From: Prevotella sp.
Lineage (GTDB): Bacteria; Bacteroidota; Bacteroidia; Bacteroidales; Bacteroidaceae
Direction of reading: 5' to 3'
Assembly (NCBI GenBank): GCA_036768895.1
Contig: DAIPMC010000001.1
Location: 50,432-103,775, forward strand
Length of the DNA: 53,344 nucleotides
Positions 21,305 through 31,820 of the stretch are shown one piece after another. Position 1 is the first letter of the stretch, and each line of letters opens with the position of its first letter. Both the position numbers and the translations under genes were made by a program. The notes beneath the pieces were generated by a model that was given only the letters and a program-made list of their open reading frames with translations, did not search any database and had not been told where the DNA came from.

Positions 21305-22270
21305 ATGGCATACAGAAGTAAGATTCAACCCACCGTTGACCCGAAGAAGTTGAATGAACAGGAAAAGAATAAACAAGAAGAGCCCGAGAAAAGTAAATAT
21401 GATCAGGCTCTAGAGAAGTATAATACCCATCTCAATGAAACAGAAATCAACGAGGCAATAAAAAAGATCATTGCGGAAAAGGTACCGGAAAATGACACCA
21501 AAGAAGTCAAGAAATTTCTTCTGGGAAGTGTAGAGTTGACCTCACTCCATACCACAGACACCGAAGAAAAAATCCTTGCCATGACGGAAAGAATCAACAG
21601 ATTCTACGAAGATTATCCTGAACTTCCACATGTAGCAGCCATCTGCGTTTATCCGGTATTCACAGAACTTGTAGCCAAAAGTTTGGAAGTTGATGGTGTC
21701 GAAATTACGAATGTATGTGGTAATTTCCCTTCATCACAAGCCCGCATGGAAGTAAAGATTGCGGAAACTTCCTTGGCTATTGCAGACGGTGCCACCAATA
21801 TCGACATCGTTATGCCTGTAGGAAAGTTTCTTAGCGGCGATTACGAAGGGGTATGCGATGATATCTGTGAACTTAAAGAAGTCTGTAAAGATATTCCCCT
21901 AAAGGTTATTTTGGAAACAGGTGATTTAGGCAGTTATAGTAACATCAAGAAGGCAGCCATTCTTGCAATGTATTCCGGGGCTAATTATATCAAAACCTCT
22001 ACTGGCAAGGAGAAGGAAGGAGCCACACCAGTAAGCGTATATATCATGTGCCAGGCTATCAAAGAATACTATGATCAAACTGGTATACAAATTGGTCTAA
22101 AACCGGCAGGCGGCATGAAAACAGTCATGGATGCTGTTATTTATTATACCATTGTCAAGGAAGTACTTGGCGATAAATGGCTTACAAACGAGTGGTTACG
22201 ATTAGGTACCAGCAGTTTGGCAAATCTGCTGCTCTGTGAGATTATTGAAAAGGATATCAAGTACTTTTAA
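21305..22270 (+). CDS. deoC: Deoxyribose-phosphate aldolase
   Basis: AICVYP, NFP, KVILETG, YIKTSTGK, KPAGG, RLGTSSL. Confidence 0.95.
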   Translation: MAYRSKIQPTVDPKKLNEQEKNKQEEPEKSKYDQALEKYNTHLNETEINEAIKKIIAEKVPENDTKEVKKFLLGSVELTSLHTTDTEEKILAMTERINRFYEDYPELPHVAAICVYPVFTELVAKSLEVDGVEITNVCGNFPSSQARMEVKIAETSLAIADGATNIDIVMPVGKFLSGDYEGVCDDICELKEVCKDIPLKVILETGDLGSYSNIKKAAILAMYSGANYIKTSTGKEKEGATPVSVYIMCQAIKEYYDQTGIQIGLKPAGGMKTVMDAVIYYTIVKEVLGDKWLTNEWLRLGTSSLANLLLCEIIEKDIKYF

Positions 22271-22377
22271 ACAAAAAATGGTACTATCCCCTATTAACTT
22301 CAAACTGAGAACTGAATGATAAAGAAATCACACAAACTTTTGGACAAATCATTCCTATCAGATGGGGTAAAATGTAT

Positions 22378-22407
22378 AAATCCGGAGAAACTTTTCTCCG
22401 GATTTTT
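22378..22407. terminator. Bidirectional terminator between deoC and ispB
   Basis: Stem AAATCCGGAGAAA/TTTCTCCGGATTT. Confidence 0.75.
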
Positions 22408-22518
22408 ATAACTTCCAACTCTAATAATTTATCATCTCAAAGAAAATGAGAAGCAAATACCCGATTTATATTTATCAAGAACAATCAAACAGATATTTGT
22501 AAAGTAACTAATAAGAAA

Positions 22519-23496
22519 TCAATTATCTCTCTTAATAATAAAATCCAGATAAGCTTTTAAAGAAGTCCTGACATCCAGATCCTTTACATAATCATTCAAG
22601 AATTTGACACAGGCATCATGAAATTCCCACATTCGTTTTTCAGCATATTCAATGCCACCATTTGCTTTTGTAAAATTCACCAATGCAGCTATCTCATCAG
22701 GCTGAATCGTATGAGCTTTCACCTTTTTTGCCAAAATCATCATTTCCTCGTTCTGAGTAGAATTCAAAGCATAAATAACCGGCAATGTCAATTTACCTTC
22801 AGAAAGATCATTCCCTGTAGGTTTCCCGATAACTTTCGAATCTGAATAATCAAAAATATCATCCTTAATCTGAAAGATAATACCAAGGTTCTCCCCAAAT
22901 AGACGCGCTGCCATAACCTGATCTGGTGTAGCTTTAACAGATTCTGCCCCAATTGCAGCACAGGCAGCAAATAGAGTTGCCGTCTTTTGTTTAATGACTT
23001 GATAATATACCTCTTCTGATATATCTTCATTCTGAATATTGGTCAACTGAAGGATTTCACCATTTGAAAGTGTTTGTCCCAACTCAGAAAGATAGCGGAC
23101 AATCACTTCAGAATGAGTATAAGAAACATGAAGTAACGCCGTAGAAAGTATGTAATCACCTACAAGAATAGCTACTTTGTTATCATATACCGCATTTACA
23201 GATGCCTGCCCTCTACGTACCAAACTCTCATCGACGACATCATCATGCACAAGTGAGGCTGTATGCAACAACTCCAGTCCTACAGCTGCGTTCAATGTAA
23301 CATCATTGATGTTACCGAAATTACGCGCTATCAACAGAATTAGCATAGGCCTCATCCGTTTACCTTCTCGCTGACGGATGTGGTCCAGCACTTGAGAAAG
23401 TAAGCCGTTACTATGTGAAAGGGCCTTATTGAACAATACAATAAAGTCATCCAACTCTTTTTGTATCGGTTGTCTGATAATCGAAAGATAGTCCAT
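22519..23496 (-). CDS. ispB: Polyprenyl diphosphate synthase (IspB-like)
   Basis: GKRMRP, HDDVVD..RRG, FQIKDD, GKPTGNDLSEGK. Confidence 0.88.
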   Translation of the reverse strand: MDYLSIIRQPIQKELDDFIVLFNKALSHSNGLLSQVLDHIRQREGKRMRPMLILLIARNFGNINDVTLNAAVGLELLHTASLVHDDVVDESLVRRGQASVNAVYDNKVAILVGDYILSTALLHVSYTHSEVIVRYLSELGQTLSNGEILQLTNIQNEDISEEVYYQVIKQKTATLFAACAAIGAESVKATPDQVMAARLFGENLGIIFQIKDDIFDYSDSKVIGKPTGNDLSEGKLTLPVIYALNSTQNEEMMILAKKVKAHTIQPDEIAALVNFTKANGGIEYAEKRMWEFHDACVKFLNDYVKDLDVRTSLKAYLDFIIKRDN

Positions 23497-23583
23497 GGAA
23501 ATCTAAATCTGCTACAAAAATAGTGATTTTATCGCATTTACAGTAATTTTTTTGTAAATTTACGCCATTAAACAGAAAATATT

Positions 23584-26346
23584 ATGAAGAAATTGTTCCT
23601 TTTAGATGCATACGCACTTATATATAGATCATATTATGCTTTTATTAAGAATCCGAGAATCAACTCAAAAGGGCTGAACACATCTGCAATATTGGGGTTC
23701 TGTAACACTCTTAACGAAGTACTTACTAAAGAAAAACCAGATTATATCGGTGTAGCTTTCGATCATGGCAAAACCTTTCGTAATGAGGTATTCCCAGACT
23801 ACAAAGCACAACGTGAGGAGACACCCGAAGATATCAAACGGTCCATACCCATCATCAAGGAAATACTCAACGCTTATCACATCCCGATCTTGCAGGAAGA
23901 AGGATATGAGGCAGATGACGTAATCGGAACCATTGCTACCCATACAGGTAAGATGGATATAGAAACTTATATGTTGACTCCTGATAAGGACTACGGACAA
24001 ATCGTTGCCACAAATGTCTATATGTTCCGTCCACGACATGGAGGGGGATATGACAAAATGGGCGAAAAAGAAGTAGAAACTAAATATGGCATTTCTTCTA
24101 CCAAGCAAATCATCGACCTCCTTGCCTTGATGGGTGATACCGCAGATAATTTTCCAGGGTGCCCAGGTGTCGGAGAAAAAACGGCAGTAAAACTTATCAG
24201 TCAGTTTGGTAGTGTTGATGAACTCCTTGCCAACACAAATCAACTCAAAGGTAAGATGAAGGAGAAAGTGGAAAATGCCATCGATAATATTAAGATGTCA
24301 AAATATCTGGCTACCATCAGAACTGACATCCCAATAGACTTGAAACTTGAAGATTTGAAGATCGTAACTCCGGATGAGAAAAAACTCGATGAGATATTCA
24401 CTCACCTTGAATTTAATTCACTAAAGAGCAAGACCTTAAATAAAGGTGAAAACAAGAAAAAAAATGTAAACAAGCAACTAGATCTTTTTGCAGATGAATC
24501 GGATGATCGGAAAGAAAATTTTGAGAGATCCGATTTAGAGAGCCTAAAAACGATAACACACGATTATCAACTTATTGATAATCAAGACAAGATGGAAGAA
24601 ATATGTGATTTTTTTAGGACAAAAAAGATTCTCAGTTTAGACACAGAAACAACCTCTACTCATGCTATTGATGCAGAATTGGTTGGTTTAAGCTTCTCTG
24701 TAGAAGAAAATCAGGCCTTTTACATCCCGATTCCAAGCAATCGTGAAGAAGCACAAAAAATAGTTAATATATTTAAACCCATATACGAAAACCCTGAAAT
24801 CCAAAAAATCGGACAAAATATTAAATACGATTATGAAGTTCTGAAAAATTACGGTATAGAGATTAAAGGTAAGATGTTCGATGATATGATCGCCCATTAC
24901 CTTATCCAACCGGAATTAAGACATAATATGGATTACATGGCAGAAATTTATCTGCATTACGAAACTGTACATATTGAAGAGTTGATCGGTCCAAAGGGAA
25001 AGAACCAGAAAAACATGCGCGACCTGAAACCGGAAGATATATATGAATATGCAGCAGAAGATGCTGATGTTACTCTAAAACTAAAAAATGTCCTTGCACC
25101 CAAACTCAAAGAACTGAATTTAGAAGAACTGTTCGAGAAAATAGAGATGCCATTGGTCCCAGTTCTTGCTGATATGGAAATGACAGGCGTAAGATTGGAT
25201 ACGAAGGCACTCCAAGAGGCATCAGACAGTTTTACACATCGGATGCAAGAAGTAGAAAAGCATATCTATGAACTGGCTGGAGAAACTTTCAATATTTCCT
25301 CTCCCAAACAAGTCGGTGAAATACTCTTCAATAAAATGAAGATTATTGATAAACCGAAAAAGACAAGAACAGGACAGTTTGTCACCAGTGAGGAAGTTCT
25401 CCAACAGTTGCGTTCCAAAAATCCCATTGTTGAAGAAATTCTAAAATACCGAGGTTTGAGGAAATTATTAAACACATATATTGATTCTCTGCCAAAGCTG
25501 ATCAACCCACGCACCGGACACATCCATACTTCTTTTAATCAGACCATTACAGCAACTGGGCGGCTCAGTTCCAGTGATCCAAACCTGCAGAATATTCCGG
25601 TCAGGAATGATGACGGTAAAGAGATTCGGAGGTGCTTCATCCCCGAACCCGGAAGTTTATTCTTCTCGGCTGACTACAGTCAAATCGAACTCCGCATCAT
25701 GGCTCATCTCTCCGAAGATGAGAATATGATCAATGCTTTTAAAGATGGTCTTGACATCCATGCAGCAACTGCAGCAAAAATCTGGCACAGAGACATGAAA
25801 GATGTCACACCTCAGGAAAGGAAAAAAGCCAAACAGGCTAATTTCGGTATTATATATGGTATTACCGCATACGGACTTGCTCAGAGAATGGATATTCCCA
25901 ATGGAGAAGCCCGTGATCTGATTAAAGACTATTTCATGACGTTTCCAAAAGTAAAGGATTACATGGAAAAAGCCAAGGAAATTGCTCGCCAGAAAGGTTA
26001 TGTCGAGACTCTCTTCCATCGCCGTCGTTATTTGCCAGATATCAAAAGCCATAACGCTACGGTCCGTGGATTCGCGGAACGCAATGCCATCAATGCCCCA
26101 ATACAAGGTAGCGAAGCTGATATTATAAAAGTGGCAATGGTTCGTATCTGGCAGCGTTTCAGGAAAGAAGGAATCCGCTCGAAAATGATTCTCCAGGTAC
26201 ATGACGAACTCAACTTTTCTGTTTATCCTGATGAAAAGGAAAAAGTAGAAGAAATAGTCCTTGGAGAAATGCAAAGCGCCTACACTTTGAAAGTGCCTCT
26301 CATTGCAGATGCAGGATGGGGAAGGAATTGGTTGGAAGCCCATTGA
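23584..26346 (+). CDS. polA: DNA polymerase I
   Basis: 5'-3' exonuclease (EADD, DKD), DTET 3'-5' exonuclease, TGRLSSSDPNLQNIP, DYSQIELR, QVHDEL. Confidence 0.98.
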   Translation: MKKLFLLDAYALIYRSYYAFIKNPRINSKGLNTSAILGFCNTLNEVLTKEKPDYIGVAFDHGKTFRNEVFPDYKAQREETPEDIKRSIPIIKEILNAYHIPILQEEGYEADDVIGTIATHTGKMDIETYMLTPDKDYGQIVATNVYMFRPRHGGGYDKMGEKEVETKYGISSTKQIIDLLALMGDTADNFPGCPGVGEKTAVKLISQFGSVDELLANTNQLKGKMKEKVENAIDNIKMSKYLATIRTDIPIDLKLEDLKIVTPDEKKLDEIFTHLEFNSLKSKTLNKGENKKKNVNKQLDLFADESDDRKENFERSDLESLKTITHDYQLIDNQDKMEEICDFFRTKKILSLDTETTSTHAIDAELVGLSFSVEENQAFYIPIPSNREEAQKIVNIFKPIYENPEIQKIGQNIKYDYEVLKNYGIEIKGKMFDDMIAHYLIQPELRHNMDYMAEIYLHYETVHIEELIGPKGKNQKNMRDLKPEDIYEYAAEDADVTLKLKNVLAPKLKELNLEELFEKIEMPLVPVLADMEMTGVRLDTKALQEASDSFTHRMQEVEKHIYELAGETFNISSPKQVGEILFNKMKIIDKPKKTRTGQFVTSEEVLQQLRSKNPIVEEILKYRGLRKLLNTYIDSLPKLINPRTGHIHTSFNQTITATGRLSSSDPNLQNIPVRNDDGKEIRRCFIPEPGSLFFSADYSQIELRIMAHLSEDENMINAFKDGLDIHAATAAKIWHRDMKDVTPQERKKAKQANFGIIYGITAYGLAQRMDIPNGEARDLIKDYFMTFPKVKDYMEKAKEIARQKGYVETLFHRRRYLPDIKSHNATVRGFAERNAINAPIQGSEADIIKVAMVRIWQRFRKEGIRSKMILQVHDELNFSVYPDEKEKVEEIVLGEMQSAYTLKVPLIADAGWGRNWLEAH

Positions 26347-26357
26347 AACAGGGAAAG

Positions 26358-26633
26358 ATGAAAAAAAGATTATCATTCAACAAGGGATACACCATACAAG
26401 GATTTTCAAAAAAAGTTTTCCATCTGCATGTCCATTATGAAGGCGATAATGATGAACTCTATTTCCGGGACTATTTAAGGGACCATGCAGATATTGCAAA
26501 AAAATACGAACGGCTTAAACTGTCTTTATGGAAGCCTTACGAACACAACAGAGATGCTTATACTGAAAAGAAAACCGACTTTGTAAAGCATTATAGCGAT
26601 ATTGCCCGAAAAGCATACCCTGATAGGTATTAA
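26358..26633 (+). pseudogene. GrpB-family protein, C-terminal half only (probable remnant)
   Basis: FHLHV, FRDYLR, Y..LK, DAYT..KT motifs present; N-terminal GSTA/KPIID part is absent and there is no room for it after polA. Confidence 0.6.
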
Positions 26634-26680
26634 AAAGAAATGCAATAATTGACAATAGCTCAATAAAAAAAGCTATTTTT

Positions 26681-26711
26681 TTTGATTTTCGTTCAAGTTA
26701 TGCTACCTTTG
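26681..26711 (+). promoter_or_regulatory. Promoter of ychF
   Basis: TTTG-N19-TACCTTTG. Confidence 0.75.
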
Positions 26712-26737
26712 CATAGTATAGATTTAAAAATTAAGAA

Positions 26738-27850
26738 ATGGCATTAAAATGTGGCATTGTAGGCCTTCCAAATGTGGGAAAGTCTACTCTTTTCAACTGC
26801 CTGTCAAGTGCTAAAGCGCAGGCGGCAAATTTTCCTTTTTGCACCATCGAACCAAATCTGGGAGTGATTACTGTACCAGATAATCGCCTCAATAAACTGG
26901 CTGAAATTGTACACCCGGGACGCATCGTTCCTGCTACCTGTGAGATTGTAGACATTGCAGGATTGGTAAAAGGTGCCAGCAAGGGAGAAGGACTTGGGAA
27001 TAAATTCCTCGGAAATATTCGTGAATGTGACGCAATCATTCATGTCATCCGTTGCTTTGATGATGACAATATCATTCGTGAAGGAGGTGCTCCTATTGAT
27101 CCAGAAGAGGATAAAAGTATCATTGACACCGAACTCCAACTAAAGGATCTTGAAACGATCGAGTCACAACTCAAAAAGCAGGAGAAAATTGCCAGTAATG
27201 GCAATAAGGAAGCAAAAGAATCTATGGAAGTTCTTAATGCTTATAAAACTGCTTTGGAGCAAGGCAAAAATGCACGTATGGTAACTTTTGATGATAAGGA
27301 ACTTCAAAAAATAGCCCATGATTTATTTCTCCTGACAACAAAACCTGTACTTTATGTCGCAAATGTTGACGAGTCAGCTGCTAAAAACGGGAATGCATAC
27401 AGCAAGAAAGTAGAAGAAATGGCAGCTGCCGAAGGTGCTGAATCCATGATTATTGCTGCCAAGACGGAAGAGGACATTGCTGCATTGGATACTTATGAAG
27501 ACAAGAAGATGTTCCTGGATGAACTGGGATTGAAAGAAAGTGGAGTTGACCGCTTGATCAAGAAAGCATACAATCTGCTCAATCTGCAAACCTTCATTAC
27601 CGCAGGCGAAATGGAAGTAAAAGCCTGGACATTCCACAAGGGTTGGAAAGCCCCGCAATGTGCTGGTGTCATCCACACTGACTTTGAAAAAGGATTCATT
27701 CGTGCTGAGGTCATAAAATATGAGGATTATCTGAAATATGGTTCCGAGACAGCCATACGTGATGCAGGTAAAATGGGTATTGAAGGAAAAGACTATATCG
27801 TTCAGGATGGAGATATCATGCACTTTCGATTCAATGTATCAAAAAACTAA
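26738..27850 (+). CDS. ychF: Redox-regulated ATPase YchF
   Basis: GLPNVGKSTLFN, FPFCTIEPN, DIAGLVKGAS.GEGLGN, IHTDFEKGFIRAE. Confidence 0.98.
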   Translation: MALKCGIVGLPNVGKSTLFNCLSSAKAQAANFPFCTIEPNLGVITVPDNRLNKLAEIVHPGRIVPATCEIVDIAGLVKGASKGEGLGNKFLGNIRECDAIIHVIRCFDDDNIIREGGAPIDPEEDKSIIDTELQLKDLETIESQLKKQEKIASNGNKEAKESMEVLNAYKTALEQGKNARMVTFDDKELQKIAHDLFLLTTKPVLYVANVDESAAKNGNAYSKKVEEMAAAEGAESMIIAAKTEEDIAALDTYEDKKMFLDELGLKESGVDRLIKKAYNLLNLQTFITAGEMEVKAWTFHKGWKAPQCAGVIHTDFEKGFIRAEVIKYEDYLKYGSETAIRDAGKMGIEGKDYIVQDGDIMHFRFNVSKN

Positions 27851-27994
27851 TCGATTCTCAAAGTTCACCCTTATATAAATATTCCTCAGAAAGTTAAAAT
27901 CATCGTAGGAGGATACAGTATTTTTCCATAGTATAAGAGTTATCCTGCTAACACATATCCAAGGTCTTTTATTTCAAATCAAACATTCTGATAT

Positions 27995-28912
27995 ATGAAT
28001 TTATTGAACTATATCGTTTGGAATCCTAACCCTATTATAGGGCATATCGGGCCCGTAACACTTCGATGGTATTCTATGTGCTGGCTGGTAGGACTCATTT
28101 TAGGTTATCTTCTTATGAAGAAACTGTATCAGCAACAGCATATCCCGGAAGAAAAATTCGATCCCTTGATCATTTACATTTTTGTCGGAGTACTGGTCGG
28201 CGCACGCTTAGGCCACTGCCTGTTCTACCAACCTGATTATTTCCTGACCAGTTGGGATCATATTATTGAAATGATCCTGCCTATCCGCCACATGCCAGAC
28301 GGAGGCTGGAAACTCACTGGATATGAAGGACTGGCCTCACACGGAGGAGTTATAGGAATGTTCATTGGAATCTATCTCTACTGCCGCAGGAATCATGTCG
28401 GCTGGTGGATAGTCCTTGACAATATGGGTATCTGCTCAGGAATCACAGCCATGTTCATTCGTCTGGGAAATTTGATGAACTCCGAAATTATCGGCCGTGT
28501 CACAGATGTGCCTTGGGCTTTCATCTTCGTTCAAGACGATAATTATCCACGACATCCAGGACAACTCTATGAAGCTATAGCTTATGGGATAATTTTCCTG
28601 ATTATCTATACCTTCTATCGTAAAAAGGGTCCAAAGACTATTGGATCAGGATTCTATTTCGGACTATGTCTGGCACTCATATTTACTTTCCGTTTTCTGA
28701 TTGAATATACCAAGGAAATACAAGAACCTTTCGAAGCCGGTCTGCCACTGGATATGGGCCAAGTTCTCTCCATCCCACTCGTTGCTATTGGGATATGGAG
28801 CATTTGCACCAGTAAGAAACGCAATGCAAAGCTCTCCATCAATGAGGAAAGGAAAATGTCTCAGGAAAAAGAAACATCTTCTATTGGCAAGAAGAAATCA
28901 AATCGGAAATAA
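27995..28912 (+). CDS. lgt: Prolipoprotein diacylglyceryl transferase
   Basis: LRWY, GARLGH, GLASHGG, RLGNLMNSE, RHPGQLYEA, RFLIE. Confidence 0.96.
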   Translation: MNLLNYIVWNPNPIIGHIGPVTLRWYSMCWLVGLILGYLLMKKLYQQQHIPEEKFDPLIIYIFVGVLVGARLGHCLFYQPDYFLTSWDHIIEMILPIRHMPDGGWKLTGYEGLASHGGVIGMFIGIYLYCRRNHVGWWIVLDNMGICSGITAMFIRLGNLMNSEIIGRVTDVPWAFIFVQDDNYPRHPGQLYEAIAYGIIFLIIYTFYRKKGPKTIGSGFYFGLCLALIFTFRFLIEYTKEIQEPFEAGLPLDMGQVLSIPLVAIGIWSICTSKKRNAKLSINEERKMSQEKETSSIGKKKSNRK

Positions 28913-28914
28913 AC

Positions 28915-28964
28915 AAAATGAGCTTTCAGATTTTTCCAATCAAGGAAATTTGAAAGCTCATTTT
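28915..28964. terminator. Bidirectional terminator between lgt and mutS
   Basis: Stem AAAATGAGCTTTCA/TGAAAGCTCATTTT. Confidence 0.75.
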
Positions 28965-29001
28965 ATATAGTTTATTACCTGAAAATCGGAGTTTTTCCTT
29001 C

Positions 29002-31677
29002 CTATTTTCCAGTTACTATCTTCTTTATATCACTGAGTTTATTAAGCGCTTCAACAGGCGTCAGATGATTGATATCAAGTCCTAATATTTCATCCCTGAT
29101 CTGACACAATACAGGATCATCCAACTGAAAGAAACTCAGTTGCATTCCATCATCTTTTTTCTGTTGTGTCTCACTCATCTTCTTACCATTCAAGGAAACC
29201 GTCTCTGAGCCAACGGTAGAATTGTCTTCCTCCAACTGTTTCAACACCTCCTCTGCCCGATTGACGATACTTCTCGGCATACCGGCAATTTCTGCCACGT
29301 GAATACCAAAAGAATGTTCAGCACCTCCGGGAATAAGTTTTCGGAGAAAGATTACTTTTCCGTCCACTTCTTTTACACTCACATTATAATTCTTGATGCG
29401 AGGAAAATATTTCTCCATCTCATTGAGTTCATGATAATGTGTCGCAAAGAGAGTACGTGCCCTGGCTTTCGGTTGCTCATGCAGATACTCTACGATAGCC
29501 CAGGCTATGGAAATACCATCATAAGTAGAAGTTCCACGCCCTAACTCATCAAAAAGGACCAAGGAACGAGGTGTAACATTATTAAGAATATTAGCCGCTT
29601 CCGTCATTTCTACCATAAAAGTTGATTCCCCAAGCGAAATATTATCAGAAGCTCCTACACGAGTAAAAACCTTGTCTACCATACCGATTCTCGCGCCCTC
29701 TGCGGGCACGAAGCACCCCATCTGAGACAACAGCACTATCAAGGCAGTTTGACGCAACAGAGCAGATTTACCAGCCATATTCGGACCAGTAATCATCATG
29801 ATCTGTTGCTTCTCTGTATCCAGATAGACATCATTCGGAACATACTTCTCTCCTAAAGGCAATTGGGTTTCTATGACTGCATGACGGCCACTTTTAATAT
29901 CTATTACGTCCGTGTCATCGACAACAGGACGCACATAACGGTTCTCATTCGAAACCTTTGCAAAAGACAGCAGACAGTCGAGATATGCGATAAGATTAGC
30001 ATCCAATTGAATCCCGGAAATATAATCCTGCATATAGACGATCAGTTGAGTATACAAGTCATTTTCCATGACCTGTATCCGTTCATCTGCTCCGAGGATC
30101 TTTTCCTCATATTCTTTTAACTCCTGTGTGATATAGCGCTCTGCACTGACCAGGGTCTGCTTCCGTATCCAGTCTTCCGGTACCTTGTCCTTAAACGTAT
30201 TACGTACCTCAAGGTAATAACCGAAAACGTTATTATATCCCACTTTCAGGGAACTGATACCGGTTTTCTCTATTTCTCTCTCCTGTATCTTCAACAGATA
30301 ATCCTTACCGTTATCGCGGATATTACGCAGATCATCCAACTCTTGGGAATATCCAGGTGCGATCACTCCTCCCCTGCTTAACAGTTGGGGCGGATCAGGC
30401 TGAATCTCTTTCTCAATCCGATCACGAAGCTCTTCACAACAATCTATCTTCTCCCCTATATGATTCAATGTGGGCTCATCTGCTTCAAGACAAACTTTTT
30501 TTACAGATACCAAAGCCTGTAAAGCAATCTTCAATTGTACGATCTCACGTGGAGAGACACGGCCGACAGCAACCTTAGAGATAATCCGCTCCACATCTCC
30601 CATGGTCTGCAACTGGTCATCGATAGTCTGTTCAAACTCCGGGTCTTTAAAGAAATGCTCTACAATATCCAGTCTTTCCTGAATCGGTTTCAATTCTTTC
30701 AGGGGAAAGATAATCCAACGACGAAGCATGCGCCCTCCCATAGGAGTAACCGTATGATCGATTACATCCAATAACGAGCTTCCCCCTTCTTGCATCGGTT
30801 GCAGAAGTTCAAGACTTCGGATCGTAAAATTATCAAGACGTACATAGCGGTCAGTTTCGATACGGGCTAATGAAGTGATATGCGAGATATGCGTATGCTG
30901 TGTAAGAACCAGATACTGCATGATAGCTCCACTGGCGATAATACCATTCTTCAAGTGCTCAACACCGAAACCTTTCAGGTTTTGGGTGCCAAAATGCTTG
31001 AGAAGCCGTTCACGGGCATTCTGTTCAGTAAAAACCCAGTCATCCAGTTCGTATGTACAGCACCTTGTGCCGAAGTACTTCTCAAAATCTGTTTTTCTGG
31101 CGCGATCAAAAAGAACCTCTTTTGGAGAAAAATTACCCAATAGTTTCTCTACATAATCATAAGAGCCCTCACCGGTCAGAAATTCACCGGTAGAAATATC
31201 CAGGAAACTCACCCCACAGGACTTTTTCCCGAAATGCACAGCAGCCAGAAAGTTGTTTTCTTTATAGTTAAGTACATTATCGCTCATGGCTACACCAGGG
31301 GTGACAAGTTCGGTAATCCCCCGTTTTACCATCTTATCTGCCGCAGTAAGCCCTTTCTTGCCTTTTATTTCTTCACACTTCTTCTTAGGATCTTCCAACT
31401 GGTCACAGATAGCCACACGCTTACCTGCCCGAATCAATTTCGGCAGATAAGTGTCAAGAGCATGATGGGGAAATCCGGCCATCTCAGCCGAGCCATGATT
31501 CCCTCCATTATTGCGCCTGGTCAACGTAATTCCCAAAATTTTCGAAGCCTCAATGGCATCATCGCAATAAGTCTCATAAAAGTCTCCGCAGCGAAACAGC
31601 ATCAGTGCATCTGGATGCTTAGCCTTCAGCGAAAAAAACTGCTTCATCATTGGGGTTAAAGCCTTATTATTTGTCAT
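29002..31677 (-). CDS. mutS: DNA mismatch repair protein MutS
   Basis: [38 protein letters not shown]; promoter TATCTTTG at 31704-31711 with TTTG 20 nt upstream. Confidence 0.98.
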   Translation of the reverse strand: MTNNKALTPMMKQFFSLKAKHPDALMLFRCGDFYETYCDDAIEASKILGITLTRRNNGGNHGSAEMAGFPHHALDTYLPKLIRAGKRVAICDQLEDPKKKCEEIKGKKGLTAADKMVKRGITELVTPGVAMSDNVLNYKENNFLAAVHFGKKSCGVSFLDISTGEFLTGEGSYDYVEKLLGNFSPKEVLFDRARKTDFEKYFGTRCCTYELDDWVFTEQNARERLLKHFGTQNLKGFGVEHLKNGIIASGAIMQYLVLTQHTHISHITSLARIETDRYVRLDNFTIRSLELLQPMQEGGSSLLDVIDHTVTPMGGRMLRRWIIFPLKELKPIQERLDIVEHFFKDPEFEQTIDDQLQTMGDVERIISKVAVGRVSPREIVQLKIALQALVSVKKVCLEADEPTLNHIGEKIDCCEELRDRIEKEIQPDPPQLLSRGGVIAPGYSQELDDLRNIRDNGKDYLLKIQEREIEKTGISSLKVGYNNVFGYYLEVRNTFKDKVPEDWIRKQTLVSAERYITQELKEYEEKILGADERIQVMENDLYTQLIVYMQDYISGIQLDANLIAYLDCLLSFAKVSNENRYVRPVVDDTDVIDIKSGRHAVIETQLPLGEKYVPNDVYLDTEKQQIMMITGPNMAGKSALLRQTALIVLLSQMGCFVPAEGARIGMVDKVFTRVGASDNISLGESTFMVEMTEAANILNNVTPRSLVLFDELGRGTSTYDGISIAWAIVEYLHEQPKARARTLFATHYHELNEMEKYFPRIKNYNVSVKEVDGKVIFLRKLIPGGAEHSFGIHVAEIAGMPRSIVNRAEEVLKQLEEDNSTVGSETVSLNGKKMSETQQKKDDGMQLSFFQLDDPVLCQIRDEILGLDINHLTPVEALNKLSDIKKIVTGK

Positions 31678-31739
31678 GATTTCCTCCGCGTTTAAATATC
31701 ATGCAAAGATAACAAAAAACATTAAGCCAGACAAACTAT

Positions 31740-31770
31740 AAAAAAGGACAACCATTCCGGCTGTCCCTTT
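31740..31770 (-). terminator. Terminator of the PL11 lyase gene
   Basis: Minus strand GGACAGCC-GGAAT-GGTTGTCC followed by T6. Confidence 0.65.
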
Positions 31771-31820
31771 CCTATAAACAAATCTGACGAAATAAACATC
31801 TTTTCTAAAGACTCTCAAAA

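Noticed and set aside
25657..26376. Long antisense ORFs (239 aa here; also 7545-8174, 23665-24243, 2535-3071)
   Set aside because: Shadows of well-supported genes on the opposite strand, with no family motifs.
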